DNA of 55,535 bases from an uncultured Syntrophaceae bacterium (lineage in GTDB: Bacteria > Desulfobacterota > Desulfomonilia > Desulfomonilales > Desulfomonilaceae), in NCBI GenBank assembly GCA_964497585.1, contig CAZCDS010000010.1, forward strand, positions 1 to 55,535, written 5' to 3'. The notes under the pieces were generated by a model that ran no database searches, had not been told where the DNA came from, and was given only the letters and a program-made list of their open reading frames with translations. Position numbers and translations under genes: made by a program. How positions within the stretch are numbered: the first letter of the stretch is position 1; each line of letters starts with the position of its first letter. Shown here in pieces: positions 26,891 to 36,687 of the stretch.

Positions 26891-27643
26891 TCAGCCGGAT
26901 CTGTTAATCAGAGTGGCAGCGTACGCGGCCCCGAATCCATTGTCGATGTTCACGACAGTTACGCCTGGCGCACAGGAATTGAGCATCCCGAGCAGAGCTG
27001 CTATTCCGCCGAAGGATGCGCCGTACCCGATCGACGTGGGGACTGCAATCACCGGGCGATCCACAAGACCGCCGATTACACTCGGGAGCGCTCCCTCCAT
27101 GCCTGCCGCCGCAATGATCACGGACGCTGAGCGTAGCTTCGCGCTGTGTTCGAGGAGTCGGTGAATGCCCGCGATTCCGACGTCGTAGAGCGTCTCCGTC
27201 TCGTTCCCCATGGCTCGGGCAGTGACCGCGGCTTCCTCAGCAACGGGAAGGTCAGAGGTTCCCGCCGCGACCACGAGCACGGTTCCCTTACCACTGATGT
27301 CGATCGCCCCTTTGCTCCACAAGAGGGTTCGCGCGGTGGAATTGTGCTCAAGATCGGGAAATTCTTTCACTACTCCCGCTGCCTTGTCGTCGTCGACCCG
27401 GGTGATGAGTATAACGTCCTGGCGCTCCTTCAGGCTCTTGAAAATACCCAGAATCTGAGCCACGCTCTTACCCTGGCCGAAGATTACCTCGGGAAATCCG
27501 ATCCGCACCGCACGGTGATGATCGACGGACGCGTAGCCGAGATGGTCGGTTTCCAGATCCCGGAAAGCAGCGGCCGCGTCGGCCGGCGTCACACGTCCCG
27601 CGCGTACGTCCTCGAGTATCTCCATGAGCCGTGAGCGATTCAT
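26891..27643 (-). CDS. larB: LarB-like (PurE-fold) nickel-pincer cofactor biosynthesis carboxylase.
   Basis: ORF 26891..27829 trimmed to MNRSRLMEILEDVRAG (ATG 27643). ~250 aa with C-terminal PurE-like ...PVIAVPTSIGYGASFGGIAALLGMLNSCAPGVTVVNIDNGFGAAYAA. Confidence 0.6.
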   Translation of the reverse strand: MNRSRLMEILEDVRAGRVTPADAAAAFRDLETDHLGYASVDHHRAVRIGFPEVIFGQGKSVAQILGIFKSLKERQDVILITRVDDDKAAGVVKEFPDLEHNSTARTLLWSKGAIDISGKGTVLVVAAGTSDLPVAEEAAVTARAMGNETETLYDVGIAGIHRLLEHSAKLRSASVIIAAAGMEGALPSVIGGLVDRPVIAVPTSIGYGASFGGIAALLGMLNSCAPGVTVVNIDNGFGAAYAATLINRSG

Positions 27644-27800
27644 TCCCTCTCCCTCGCTTCTCCCACAATTTGCTCTGAATACTATGATAAATACCGATGG
27701 TACGGCAACCGTTCTTGAGGTCAGAGGTGGTGGCAGCAATTCCCTGCAGACGGCCCGCTCGTTAGGAGCTTCCGGGCCGGTGGGTGCTTTCCCCCTGTCA

Positions 27801-29177
27801 TCATTCCCCCAGCAGCTCGGCAACGTCAATTCCGTACTTCTTGATCCTGTTCCAAACGGTCTGACGACTCACCCCCAGCATTTCCGCCGCGATCTTCCTT
27901 TTCCCGCCCGCCCTTACGAGAGTGTCAATGAGATGCTGCTTTTCGGTACGGCCGATGGGTTTCTCGTGAAATGCAGTGAGCGGGGGAGGCCGGTCCAGTA
28001 TAGACTCGGGGAGATGAGCCCGGGTAATAAGATCTCCCGTGCAGACCACAAACGCATATTCCAGGACGTTTATCAATTCCCGGACGTTTCCGGGCCAATG
28101 GTAGCGTGCCAGGAGACGCATGCCCTCGTGATCGATGCCCCTGACCGTTTTGCCGGACCTCGACGCCGCGTCCCCGATGAACTTCTCGATCAACAGCGGG
28201 AGGTCGCCGGGCCGCTCTCGAAGGGGAGGAATCGAAATGGGAATCACGTTCAGACGAAAGAAGAGGTCCTCGCGAAAGAGCCCTTGCGCCATCATCTGCC
28301 GCAGGTCCCTATGCGTGGCCGCGATGACCCGAACATCGATCGGAACCGGTCTGTAGTCACCTACCCGCTCAATCTCCTTCTCCTGGAGTACTCTCAGCAG
28401 GCGCACCTGAGTGGGCGGCGGCAGGTCCCCGATCTCGTCGAGGAAGATGTCTCCCGAGTTCGCGGCCTGGAACCGTCCTTTTGTGGTCCGATCCGCCCCC
28501 GTGAACGCGCCCTTTACGTGTCCGAATAGTTCGCTCTCCAGCAGAGTTTCACTCAACGCGGCGCAGTTCACCCGAATGAAAGGGCCGGCGCTCTTCATGC
28601 CCAGTCGGTGAATCACGCTTGCCACGAGTTCTTTGCCTGTTCCGCTCTCGCCGTAGATGAGCACCGGCGCATCCGATCCAGCGGCCTTGGCGATAATGTC
28701 ATAGAGATTCTTCATCTGCGGGGAAACTCCGATGATGCCGTAAAAGCCTGCCCGGTCCTCGAGCATGCTGCGGAGCTGAGTGATCTCCTCGTCCTTCTGG
28801 TCGACCGCCGTCATGTCGGTGATGGTCTCGACAGCGCAGCTGACCTCTCCCCTGTCGTCGTGCAGGATTCGGGACCTCTTAAGGATTGGCAAGTACGTTC
28901 CGTCCTTCCGTCTCAGAGCGCATCGCGTCTTTGGCAGGTCACCGACCCTGAAGAGGCCGCAACCCTCGCGCCTGCCGCTAGCTCCCACATCGGGACAGAC
29001 GTCGCAGTCAAGCACTGAACAGGGTTTTCCCAACATTTCCTCTGCCGCGTATCCGGTAATCGACTCCATGGCACTGTTGACGAACAGAATAGTGGTGTCC
29101 GGAGCGACGAGCATGAGGCCGTCTGTCAAGGTGTCGAGCACCGACTTCCAAAAAGGCGATTTTTCGTCACCTAGCAC
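27801..29177 (-). CDS. σ54-dependent transcriptional activator (bacterial enhancer-binding protein) with an N-terminal Cys-rich PAS sensor domain and a C-terminal Fis-type HTH.
   Basis: GESGTGKE Walker A, GAFTGA σ54-contact motif, ...[11 protein letters not shown]..., C-terminal ...[18 protein letters not shown]. The PAS region carries [10 protein letters not shown]...GCGLF. Confidence 0.9.
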   Translation of the reverse strand: MLGDEKSPFWKSVLDTLTDGLMLVAPDTTILFVNSAMESITGYAAEEMLGKPCSVLDCDVCPDVGASGRREGCGLFRVGDLPKTRCALRRKDGTYLPILKRSRILHDDRGEVSCAVETITDMTAVDQKDEEITQLRSMLEDRAGFYGIIGVSPQMKNLYDIIAKAAGSDAPVLIYGESGTGKELVASVIHRLGMKSAGPFIRVNCAALSETLLESELFGHVKGAFTGADRTTKGRFQAANSGDIFLDEIGDLPPPTQVRLLRVLQEKEIERVGDYRPVPIDVRVIAATHRDLRQMMAQGLFREDLFFRLNVIPISIPPLRERPGDLPLLIEKFIGDAASRSGKTVRGIDHEGMRLLARYHWPGNVRELINVLEYAFVVCTGDLITRAHLPESILDRPPPLTAFHEKPIGRTEKQHLIDTLVRAGGKRKIAAEMLGVSRQTVWNRIKKYGIDVAELLGE

Positions 29178-29194
29178 TGATTTTTCTCCAGGGC

Positions 29195-29235
29195 ATTTCT
29201 GTCAAGAATATGTTATCTAACATGACAATTTTCGT
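29195..29235 (+). promoter_or_regulatory. Candidate UAS/operator (TGTCA-N18-TGACA with an internal ATGTTATCTAACAT palindrome) between the divergent EBP gene and the σ54 promoter.
   Basis: Inverted repeats ~300 nt upstream of the -24/-12 element, the typical distance for enhancer-binding protein sites. Confidence 0.35.
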
Positions 29236-29506
29236 CAAGATCGTTACCTCGCCTTTACATGCACGCGACAACGTCGACATGTTGCTGCCCGACCTCCCAT
29301 AGGGACGGATATCCCCCTGACATGAGGACTGGTTTCCTTCATTTTCTGGGAGGGAACGGGTTTGATCGCAGGAGCGGCCCGAGCAGGAAGAGACCGAGCC
29401 GGGCAGGAATCCCATCGCCATAGAGGGTTCTGCTGTACTGAGAAGAAGCTGTGGTGTCAATTACATAGAATGATCATTTGCTTTCTGATGACCCAAATGC
29501 ACACTT

Positions 29507-29522
29507 TGGCATCAAGATTGCA
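29507..29522 (+). promoter_or_regulatory. σ54 (RpoN) -24/-12 promoter.
   Basis: TGGCAT-caaga-TTGCA matches the TGGCAC-N5-TTGCA consensus. It lies ~140 nt upstream of ATG 29663 and divergent from a σ54 activator gene. Confidence 0.65.
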
Positions 29523-29662
29523 GAGGTTATTCCCTAGCGGCGTGGTCGTGATTCCGATCCTCGCGCCGAAAGGGAGAATTGCAAGGATCAGAAGAAGCCA
29601 CTGTCCGATCGGGACTCGCGTGCACGCCGCTTCAGAAGAAAAGCTAGATAGGGAGGTGCCAG

Positions 29663-29947
29663 ATGGAAGCGCATGAAAATCCTCTGAGGAGGATGACGGA
29701 GACAACCGGCACCATCATGATAATTATCTGGACGTTCGTTCTCGGGCCCGTGGGGTTCCTGCTGTTGTTGGGTACCGCCTACGCAATGATTTCCGGGAAT
29801 CTGGCTCTGGGCATCGTTTGCGGCCTATTGATGTTTTCACCGCTTCTGGTCACCGCTGTGTGGGCTCCACTCGTGGCCCTGACGCTCCTTGTCGAGCGGT
29901 TCAGTGCAAGAGCGATTCCGGCCCCCGAGACCAACCTCACGCGGTAG
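29663..29947 (+). CDS. Small membrane protein (94 aa, 2-3 TM helices).
   Basis: GGGAGG RBS. Hydrophobic segments IMIIIWTFVLGPVGFLLLLGTAYAMI and LGIVCGLLMFSPLLVTAVWAPLVALTLLV. Confidence 0.5.
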   Translation: MEAHENPLRRMTETTGTIMIIIWTFVLGPVGFLLLLGTAYAMISGNLALGIVCGLLMFSPLLVTAVWAPLVALTLLVERFSARAIPAPETNLTR

Positions 29948-30200
29948 ACGGGTGGGCACCGGGAATTTGCCCTGAAGAGCGTACCCGCCCGTTTGACCTT
30001 TCCATCGGAGAGGGGCGTACGCGCTTCTGTCCGCGGTGCAACCCTTCCACAGACCTTCGATCACCGATTCCAAAGACGCGGGCAGACGGACCCCTCGTCG
30101 GGATGAAGGCTCCACATGAGGCCGGTCCGGCGTTCTTTGTCTCTGCCTCGAGCATCATGCTCAAATACATGGTATACCTGGGCTGGGAGCGAACAAGGCA

Positions 30201-31916
30201 ATGCCATGTCTCAGTCCTTTCTTACGCGGGTTGGCGTGCGCGCTTTTGTTCACGTTAGCGATATCCGGAATTCTCTGCCACGGAGCAAGACCGAGTTCCG
30301 AAGAATGCCTTGTCTGCCATGGTCGGGAAGACGTTTGTTCGAAGCGAGGCAAGAGTCGGTTCATCGATGGCGGTCGGTTCTCGCACTCCGTCCATGGGAG
30401 AAATGGCATCGGTTGCCCGTCGTGCCATCAAGGAATCAGTAGAATCAGGAAAGATGCCGCCGTCCCTCATGAATTGGGAACCAAACCCAAGTGCACCGAA
30501 TGTCACGAGCGGGTGAGCAGACAGTACGCGAAGAGCCTGCACGCCCGTATATCGAAGAAGATATGCTATTCATGCCACAATCCCCATTATAGTAGATCTT
30601 TCCGTCGGATGTCGGGGGAGGAGAGGAAGAGAATTTGTCTCGCATGCCATGACGCGTACCAGACTCACCTTTGGCTGCCCCAGAAACAGCTTCATTTCAG
30701 ACACCTGGAATGCACCTCATGCCATGCTCTGAACGCGGAAATCGGGATGGTATTCTTCATCACGGACGAACATGCGCCCGGAGTTACGAAGATCCTCGAT
30801 TTCGCTCGCCTCCGCCCCTTCGTGGGCAGCGGAAAACAGGGCCTCGTCGAAACCGTCGACCGGGACGGAAACGGCACGATCTCGTCCGAGGAGATCCGAT
30901 ACTTTATGAGAAGGCTCAGAGAAGCGGGCATTTCCGGGGCTTCTTTGAAGGTAAGGATCCTCGTGCTCAAGCCGACCCACAATTTCTCGGACCGGGGCGA
31001 ACGGGCTCGAAACTGCACCCTCTGTCATTCGGCATCTGCGCGGTTCTATACGAAACTCCTGCTCATGCTCCCGGAAAAGGATGGAGGCATCAGGACAATC
31101 CCGGTGGAAAAGCGTATTCTTTCGCGCCGCGGCCAATCACCGTTCATGGGAGACTTCTATCTCCTCGGAGAGTCGAAGATCCACAAGAAGGATCTCGACG
31201 ACCTGATCCAGGCCATAAGACTGATAGGATTCAAGTGGCTTGACGTGCTCGGAGTGCTGACGCTCCTTGCGTGCTTGTCGGCGGTGTTGCTGCACGCAGC
31301 GTTGATGCTTTTCACGCGGAAGTACAGGAGAGAGGCGAGCGTACCGGAGCAGGTCGAGTTGCGACCTGTGCCCGTCCGAGCCTGGCACTATATCCACGGC
31401 TTCTGGGTAATCCTCCTGGTGCTCACCGGGGTTCAGTTGAGGCTGCCGGACCTGGCTCCGATCTTCGCCACATTCCTCAACGCGGTGAACCTCCACAACA
31501 TCAGTGGAGCGGTTCTGATTATCGACTATTTCTTCTGGATTTCCTACACCCTTTGGACAGGAGAGTTCAGGAGCCGCCTCTTCATGTGGCCCGGCGATGT
31601 CCTGAAGCATACCGAGCAGATCGTCCGATACTACGGATACTTGATCTTTGTGGGGACGCGTTTCCCCGGCCCTCTGCCCGGGGGCTCGGGCCTGCATCCC
31701 TTTGAAAGGTTGCTCTACTTGATCGTGATGCTGGTTCTCATCCCCGTTCAGATCGGAACCGGGATTCTCCTCTTCGACGTGTACGCGATGATGCCGATTA
31801 TCACATCCCTGGGAGGACTTCGCGTTGTCGACACCGTGCACATAGCCATAGGCTATCTACTCATATCCTTCCTGATCCTTCACACGTACTTCCATACACT
31901 CAAACGGTTCCGATGA
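30201..31916 (+). CDS. Heptaheme cytochrome c fused to a C-terminal b-type cytochrome-like membrane domain, with a canonical EF-hand Ca-binding loop.
   Basis: Seven CxxCH motifs (CLVCH, CPSCH, CTECH, CYSCH, CLACH, CTSCH, CTLCH). N-terminal signal peptide. EF-hand loop DRDGNGTISSEE (nt ~30858-30893). C-terminal ~230 aa has 4-5 TM helices with conserved His (HYIHGFW...), like hydrogenase/formate-dehydrogenase cytochrome b subunits. Confidence 0.8.
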   Translation: MPCLSPFLRGLACALLFTLAISGILCHGARPSSEECLVCHGREDVCSKRGKSRFIDGGRFSHSVHGRNGIGCPSCHQGISRIRKDAAVPHELGTKPKCTECHERVSRQYAKSLHARISKKICYSCHNPHYSRSFRRMSGEERKRICLACHDAYQTHLWLPQKQLHFRHLECTSCHALNAEIGMVFFITDEHAPGVTKILDFARLRPFVGSGKQGLVETVDRDGNGTISSEEIRYFMRRLREAGISGASLKVRILVLKPTHNFSDRGERARNCTLCHSASARFYTKLLLMLPEKDGGIRTIPVEKRILSRRGQSPFMGDFYLLGESKIHKKDLDDLIQAIRLIGFKWLDVLGVLTLLACLSAVLLHAALMLFTRKYRREASVPEQVELRPVPVRAWHYIHGFWVILLVLTGVQLRLPDLAPIFATFLNAVNLHNISGAVLIIDYFFWISYTLWTGEFRSRLFMWPGDVLKHTEQIVRYYGYLIFVGTRFPGPLPGGSGLHPFERLLYLIVMLVLIPVQIGTGILLFDVYAMMPIITSLGGLRVVDTVHIAIGYLLISFLILHTYFHTLKRFR

Positions 31917-31948
31917 GGAGTTCAGCCGGCGTATCGCAGACAAACGAA

Positions 31949-31976
31949 AGCCCCGGAAAGGAGGATACAAAACCGG
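31949..31976 (+). terminator. Hairpin (AGCCCCGG...CCGGGGCT) 35 nt after the cytochrome gene.
   Basis: 8-bp GC stem. No strong U-tract. Confidence 0.4.
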
Positions 31977-32687
31977 GGCTCTGCATGGGGAAAAGGGTAT
32001 GTTGACAGCGGGCTACGCCTCCCGCTGAAGATGGGGCTTCTTAGATCATGATTCTAAATAGTTGTCAAGTAAAATTAAAGTAATTTCTAGAATAAACCGG
32101 ATTTACCAAACAATTAGTTTAGCATATTTATCTAAGTGCCTGTTATACATCATTATTATGTTGGGTACTGGCGCAGGCCAATCGTGTCCGCAGCTCTCCA
32201 TCTTAGGGCAGCACAGAGGAATCGGGCACGCGTCCCGGTTCGCCGGAACGGAGGCGTTTCGCGTGCGGCCTCCCACAGCTCCGTTGGGCTTCGCCCACCC
32301 GCGATCGACAGGATGTCGTTCCTCGCAAAACCAACTACTTACAAGGAATGTGTGGGCTACCTGGTACAGCATGCCGTCGAACCAGCCGCGGAGAGTTCTC
32401 GGCTCCGGCATGCGACCCCGGGTTTTCCCGGCAATGGCTTCCGGCGGAACGCCAATCCGGCACGTGGAATCGGACAAGTGAGCCGGTTCCCTGGGCTTCA
32501 TCCTGCGAACGAGGATCGCTGGAATCCTGGTGAAAGGCACGAGAGGAGAAAGAGGGTCTTCTTCGCGGCTTCGTGGCTGAGACTTATTATGCTCTTTGTC
32601 TCTTGGCTCTGGTTTCTCCTTAATTCTTGTTCCGCTTGGGGTGCCGGCGGTGGAACCTTGCAGGGGGAAGAGACTTGGGATGCGCCA

Positions 32688-33134
32688 TCAGCCGTAGACC
32701 GCGCGGATCACGTCAGCCTTGCCAAGGATGCCCACCAGTTTGTCTCCGTCCACCACCGGGATCGTGTAGAGCTTGCCCTCTCCCATGAGACGCGCAACCT
32801 CCGAAACATCCGTATCGGAGGTTACCGTGACCGCGGGGCTTGTGCAGATTTCCCCGACCTTTGTGGCCGTGATGCGCTTGATTTCCTTTTCCATGCGCCA
32901 GGGGTTCTCCAGCGGTATGAAGGAATCGAGAATGAAGAAAAACGTGGGTATATGCAAAGGCTTGTCCTGGTTGACAAGATCGGACTCGCAGACCACCCCG
33001 ATTACCTTGTTGTCCTTGTCCACCACGGGAACACCGTTGATCCGTCTGAGGGAAAGGATCTCCGCAAGTTCTCTTAACGTGGTTTCCGGTGTAACGGTAA
33101 CCACATCCCGTGTCATAATATCGGCAACTTTCAT
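32688..33134 (-). CDS. CBS-domain pair protein.
   Basis: ORF trimmed to MKVADIMTRDVVTV (ATG 33134, RBS GGAGGAGG). Two CBS motifs (...GVPVVD..., ...TIPVVDGDKLVGIL...). Confidence 0.8.
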   Translation of the reverse strand: MKVADIMTRDVVTVTPETTLRELAEILSLRRINGVPVVDKDNKVIGVVCESDLVNQDKPLHIPTFFFILDSFIPLENPWRMEKEIKRITATKVGEICTSPAVTVTSDTDVSEVARLMGEGKLYTIPVVDGDKLVGILGKADVIRAVYG

Positions 33135-33219
33135 GATACTTTCCTCCTCGCAGGCAGCGCCGGACAGGGCACCGTGCCAGGAACCCCTATCACGTAATAC
33201 AACGCGCCTTTCATTGTGG

Positions 33220-36200
33220 TCACAGCTCACACCGCTGGCGGCCCCCGTGGTATTCCTGGATTGACATGACCCGGTAGGAATCACCTCGGTGAAGCGCGTA
33301 CAGACCGAGGGAAAGAGCATTGGCCCCTGAGAGGGTCGTGAAATAGGGAATGTTGTGGTTGAGCGACGCGACGCGAATATGAAAGGAGTCCCGGATCGCT
33401 TTCTTTCCTTCGGACGTGTTGATCACGAGAGAGATTTCGCCTCTACGGATGAGGTCGATGACGTCGATCGTCCCGTCTTCGTGGACTTTTCCGACCGTCG
33501 TCGATTCGATTCCCGCCTCTTTGAGAACCGCGGCGGTGCCGTCGGTACAGGCAAAGGTGAAACCGCACTCGCGGAGTCTCCGCGCGACGATGACCGCACT
33601 CCTTTTGTCTCGGTCCGCGACGCTAAGGAAGACCGTACCCTCCTTCGGGATCGGGAAATCGGTGCTGTACTGGGACTTGAGGAATGCAGGCCCGAATTCG
33701 CAGTCAATACCCATGACTTCGCCGGTCGATTTCATTTCCGGGCCCAGGAGCACATCCACGCCTACGAACTTGATGAACGGGAAGACAGCCTCCTTGACAC
33801 TAATGTGTACGGGGATCACTTCTCGGGTGAAGCCGACCTCCGGGAGCGTCTTGCCGGCCATGACCCGGGCGCCGATCTTTGCCAGCGGAACCCCAATCGC
33901 CTTGGACACGAAGGGAATCGTCCTCGAAGCTCTCGGATTCACCTCAAGCACGAAGATCTCGCCGTCTTTGAGTGCGAGCTGGAGGTTCATCAGGCCTTTC
34001 ACTCCCAGCTCCAAAGCGAGCAGTCGGGTGATCCTTCGAATCTCGTCGAGGTGATAGCGGCCAAGGCTGTACGGTGGCAAGGAGCAGGACGAGTCGCCCG
34101 AATGGACACCTGCCTCCTCGATGTGCTCCATGATTCCGCCGATGACCACTTCTTCCCCGTCACATACCGCGTCCACGTCGATCTCCACCGCGCCGGCGAG
34201 GTAGCCGTCGAGCAGAATCGGATGATCTGGTGAAGCCTGCACCACGTTGCTGAGGTACTCCTCCAGCTCTTCCTGTGAATGGACGATCTCCATTGCGCGG
34301 CCCCCCAGGACGTACGAGGGGCGCACCACCAGCGGATATCCGATCCTCAGGGCGACTTCCATGACCTCATTGTAGGAATGGGCAATGTCATTGGGGGGCT
34401 GCTTGAGGCCGAGTTTGAGGAGCAACTCCTTGAACCGCTCGCGATCTTCGGCTCGGTCGATTGCGTCCGGCGATGTGCCGATAATGGGAACTCCCGCTTT
34501 CCGCAGCGGAACGGCAAGCTTCAGCGGGGTCTGTCCGCCGAACTGTACGATAACGCCATACGGCTTTTCCTTCTCCACGATGGCCAGGACATCTTCCAGG
34601 GTCAGGGGCTCGAAATAGAGCCTATCGGAGGTGTCATAATCCGTGCTGACCGTTTCGGGGTTGCAGTTGACCATGATGGTCTCAAACCCGTCTTCCTTGA
34701 GAGCAAAAGCGCCGTGAACGCAGCAGTAGTCGAACTCGATCCCCTGGCCGATCCGATTGGGACCGCCACCAAGGATCATGATTTTCTTTCGGTCCGTTGT
34801 GCCTGACTCGTCCTCATCCTCGTACGAGGAGTAGAGATAGGGCGTGTACGCTTCGAACTCCGCCGCGCACGTATCCACCCGCTTGAACACCGGCAGGACA
34901 TCGTTGTGTTGGCGGAGCGTACGGACCTCGTCCTCTGACAGACCGGTCAGCTCACCCAGCCTCACGTCCGAAAATCCATACGCCTTCGCCCGTCGTAGGA
35001 GATCCGATCCGTTTTCGCTCAACAATGAATTGGGCTCGGCGAGTCCTTTTTCCATCTCGACGATCTGCTCGATCTGCGCGAGAAACCATGGATCTATCGC
35101 GCTGGCCTCATAGATCTCCTCGATGCGCACGCCGGCTCTCATCGCGTCGGCAAGGTGCCACAGACGATCCGGGCTCGGCCTTTTGAGGCGGGCGAGGATC
35201 TCTTCCTTGGAGAGGCGCTCTTTCAGACGAGGTTCGAAGCCGTACACGTCGATCTCAAGGGACCGGATCGCCTTCTGGAGTGACTCTTTGAAGGTCCGAC
35301 CGATGGCCATGACCTCGCCCACGGACTTCATTTGTGTGGTGAGCGTAAAATCGGCGCCGGGGAATTTCTCGAAGGTGAACCTGGGGATCTTCGTCACAAC
35401 ATAGTCAATGGTCGGTTCGAAGGATGCAGGCGTTTTCAGGGTGATGTCGTTGGCGATCTCGTCAAGCGTGTACCCCACCGCGAGTTTGGCCGCAATCTTC
35501 GCGATGGGAAATCCGGTGGCCTTGGAAGCCAACGCGCTCGACCGGCTCACCCGGGGATTCATCTCGATGACTACAACCCGGCCGGTATCGGGGTGAACGG
35601 CAAACTGAATGTTCGACCCGCCTGTGTCAACGCCTATCTCACGGATGATTGCCACGGACTGGTCTCGGAGGATCTGGTACTCTTTGTCCGTAAGGGTTTG
35701 AGCCGGCGCGATGGTGATCGAGTCCCCGGTGTGGACTCCCATTGGATCGAAATTCTCGATAGAGCAGATGATCACGACATTGTCCGCGCCGTCGCGCATG
35801 ACCTCCAGCTCAAATTCCTTCCACCCCAGCACGGACTCTTCTACGAGGACCTGCCCCTTCGGGGAGAGATCCAGGCCCCACTTGGCAAGTCGTTCGAAAT
35901 CCTCTCGCGAAAAGGCGACGCTCCCCCCGGTTCCGCCAAGGGTAAAGGAGGGCCGGATCACGTTGGGGAATCCGACCTGTTCACCGATTTCCCTGGCCTC
36001 GTCGAGGGACCGGGCGTACCCGCTTTCCGGAAGATCGAGCCCGATATTGCTCATCGCCGCCTTGAACTGATCCCGGTCCTCGGCCTTGTTGATCGCTTCG
36101 AAGCTCGCTCCGATGAGTTCAACATTGTACCGTTCCAGCACGCCTTGTTCGTAAAGCTCCACCGCGCGATTAAGCGCGGTCTGCCCTCCCAGCGTCGGGA

Positions 36201-36459
36201 GAAGGGCGTCAGGACGTTCCCGTTCGATGATCGTAGCGATGATGTCGGCCTTGATGGGCTCGATGTACGTCGCGTCCGCGAATTCGGGATCCGTCATGAT
36301 CGTGGCGGGATTGGAGTTCACAAGCACCACGCGGTACCCTTCCTCCTTGAGAGCCTTGACCGCCTGGGTTCCCGAATAATCGAACTCGCAGGCCTGACCG
36401 ATGATGATCGGACCGGACCCGATGATAAGTATGGACTTGAGATCCGTGCGTTTGGGCAT
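33220..36459 (-). CDS. carB: Carbamoyl-phosphate synthase large subunit.
   Basis: 1079 aa from [33 protein letters not shown].... Duplicated ATP-grasp halves, C-terminal MGS-like domain. Confidence 0.95.
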   Translation of the reverse strand: MPKRTDLKSILIIGSGPIIIGQACEFDYSGTQAVKALKEEGYRVVLVNSNPATIMTDPEFADATYIEPIKADIIATIIERERPDALLPTLGGQTALNRAVELYEQGVLERYNVELIGASFEAINKAEDRDQFKAAMSNIGLDLPESGYARSLDEAREIGEQVGFPNVIRPSFTLGGTGGSVAFSREDFERLAKWGLDLSPKGQVLVEESVLGWKEFELEVMRDGADNVVIICSIENFDPMGVHTGDSITIAPAQTLTDKEYQILRDQSVAIIREIGVDTGGSNIQFAVHPDTGRVVVIEMNPRVSRSSALASKATGFPIAKIAAKLAVGYTLDEIANDITLKTPASFEPTIDYVVTKIPRFTFEKFPGADFTLTTQMKSVGEVMAIGRTFKESLQKAIRSLEIDVYGFEPRLKERLSKEEILARLKRPSPDRLWHLADAMRAGVRIEEIYEASAIDPWFLAQIEQIVEMEKGLAEPNSLLSENGSDLLRRAKAYGFSDVRLGELTGLSEDEVRTLRQHNDVLPVFKRVDTCAAEFEAYTPYLYSSYEDEDESGTTDRKKIMILGGGPNRIGQGIEFDYCCVHGAFALKEDGFETIMVNCNPETVSTDYDTSDRLYFEPLTLEDVLAIVEKEKPYGVIVQFGGQTPLKLAVPLRKAGVPIIGTSPDAIDRAEDRERFKELLLKLGLKQPPNDIAHSYNEVMEVALRIGYPLVVRPSYVLGGRAMEIVHSQEELEEYLSNVVQASPDHPILLDGYLAGAVEIDVDAVCDGEEVVIGGIMEHIEEAGVHSGDSSCSLPPYSLGRYHLDEIRRITRLLALELGVKGLMNLQLALKDGEIFVLEVNPRASRTIPFVSKAIGVPLAKIGARVMAGKTLPEVGFTREVIPVHISVKEAVFPFIKFVGVDVLLGPEMKSTGEVMGIDCEFGPAFLKSQYSTDFPIPKEGTVFLSVADRDKRSAVIVARRLRECGFTFACTDGTAAVLKEAGIESTTVGKVHEDGTIDVIDLIRRGEISLVINTSEGKKAIRDSFHIRVASLNHNIPYFTTLSGANALSLGLYALHRGDSYRVMSIQEYHGGRQRCEL

Positions 36460-36687
36460 GTAGGCTACTTCTCTGCGATCACAGCTGTTTTCATCCGTTG
36501 GACAGGAAAAGGACCTGCCGGAGACCAACGGAGAATATATGGTTCCGCACACAAAATTTCAAGAGAAAGTCCGGCTCCCGTTGAATCGAGTCGCGCAGGC
36601 TCACCTCGCAAAGCACCGGCGTCAATGGTATGCTCACCCAACCGACCTCACGGCCGGAGATCCTTGGCACAGGGAGCCTCCGCAAAC

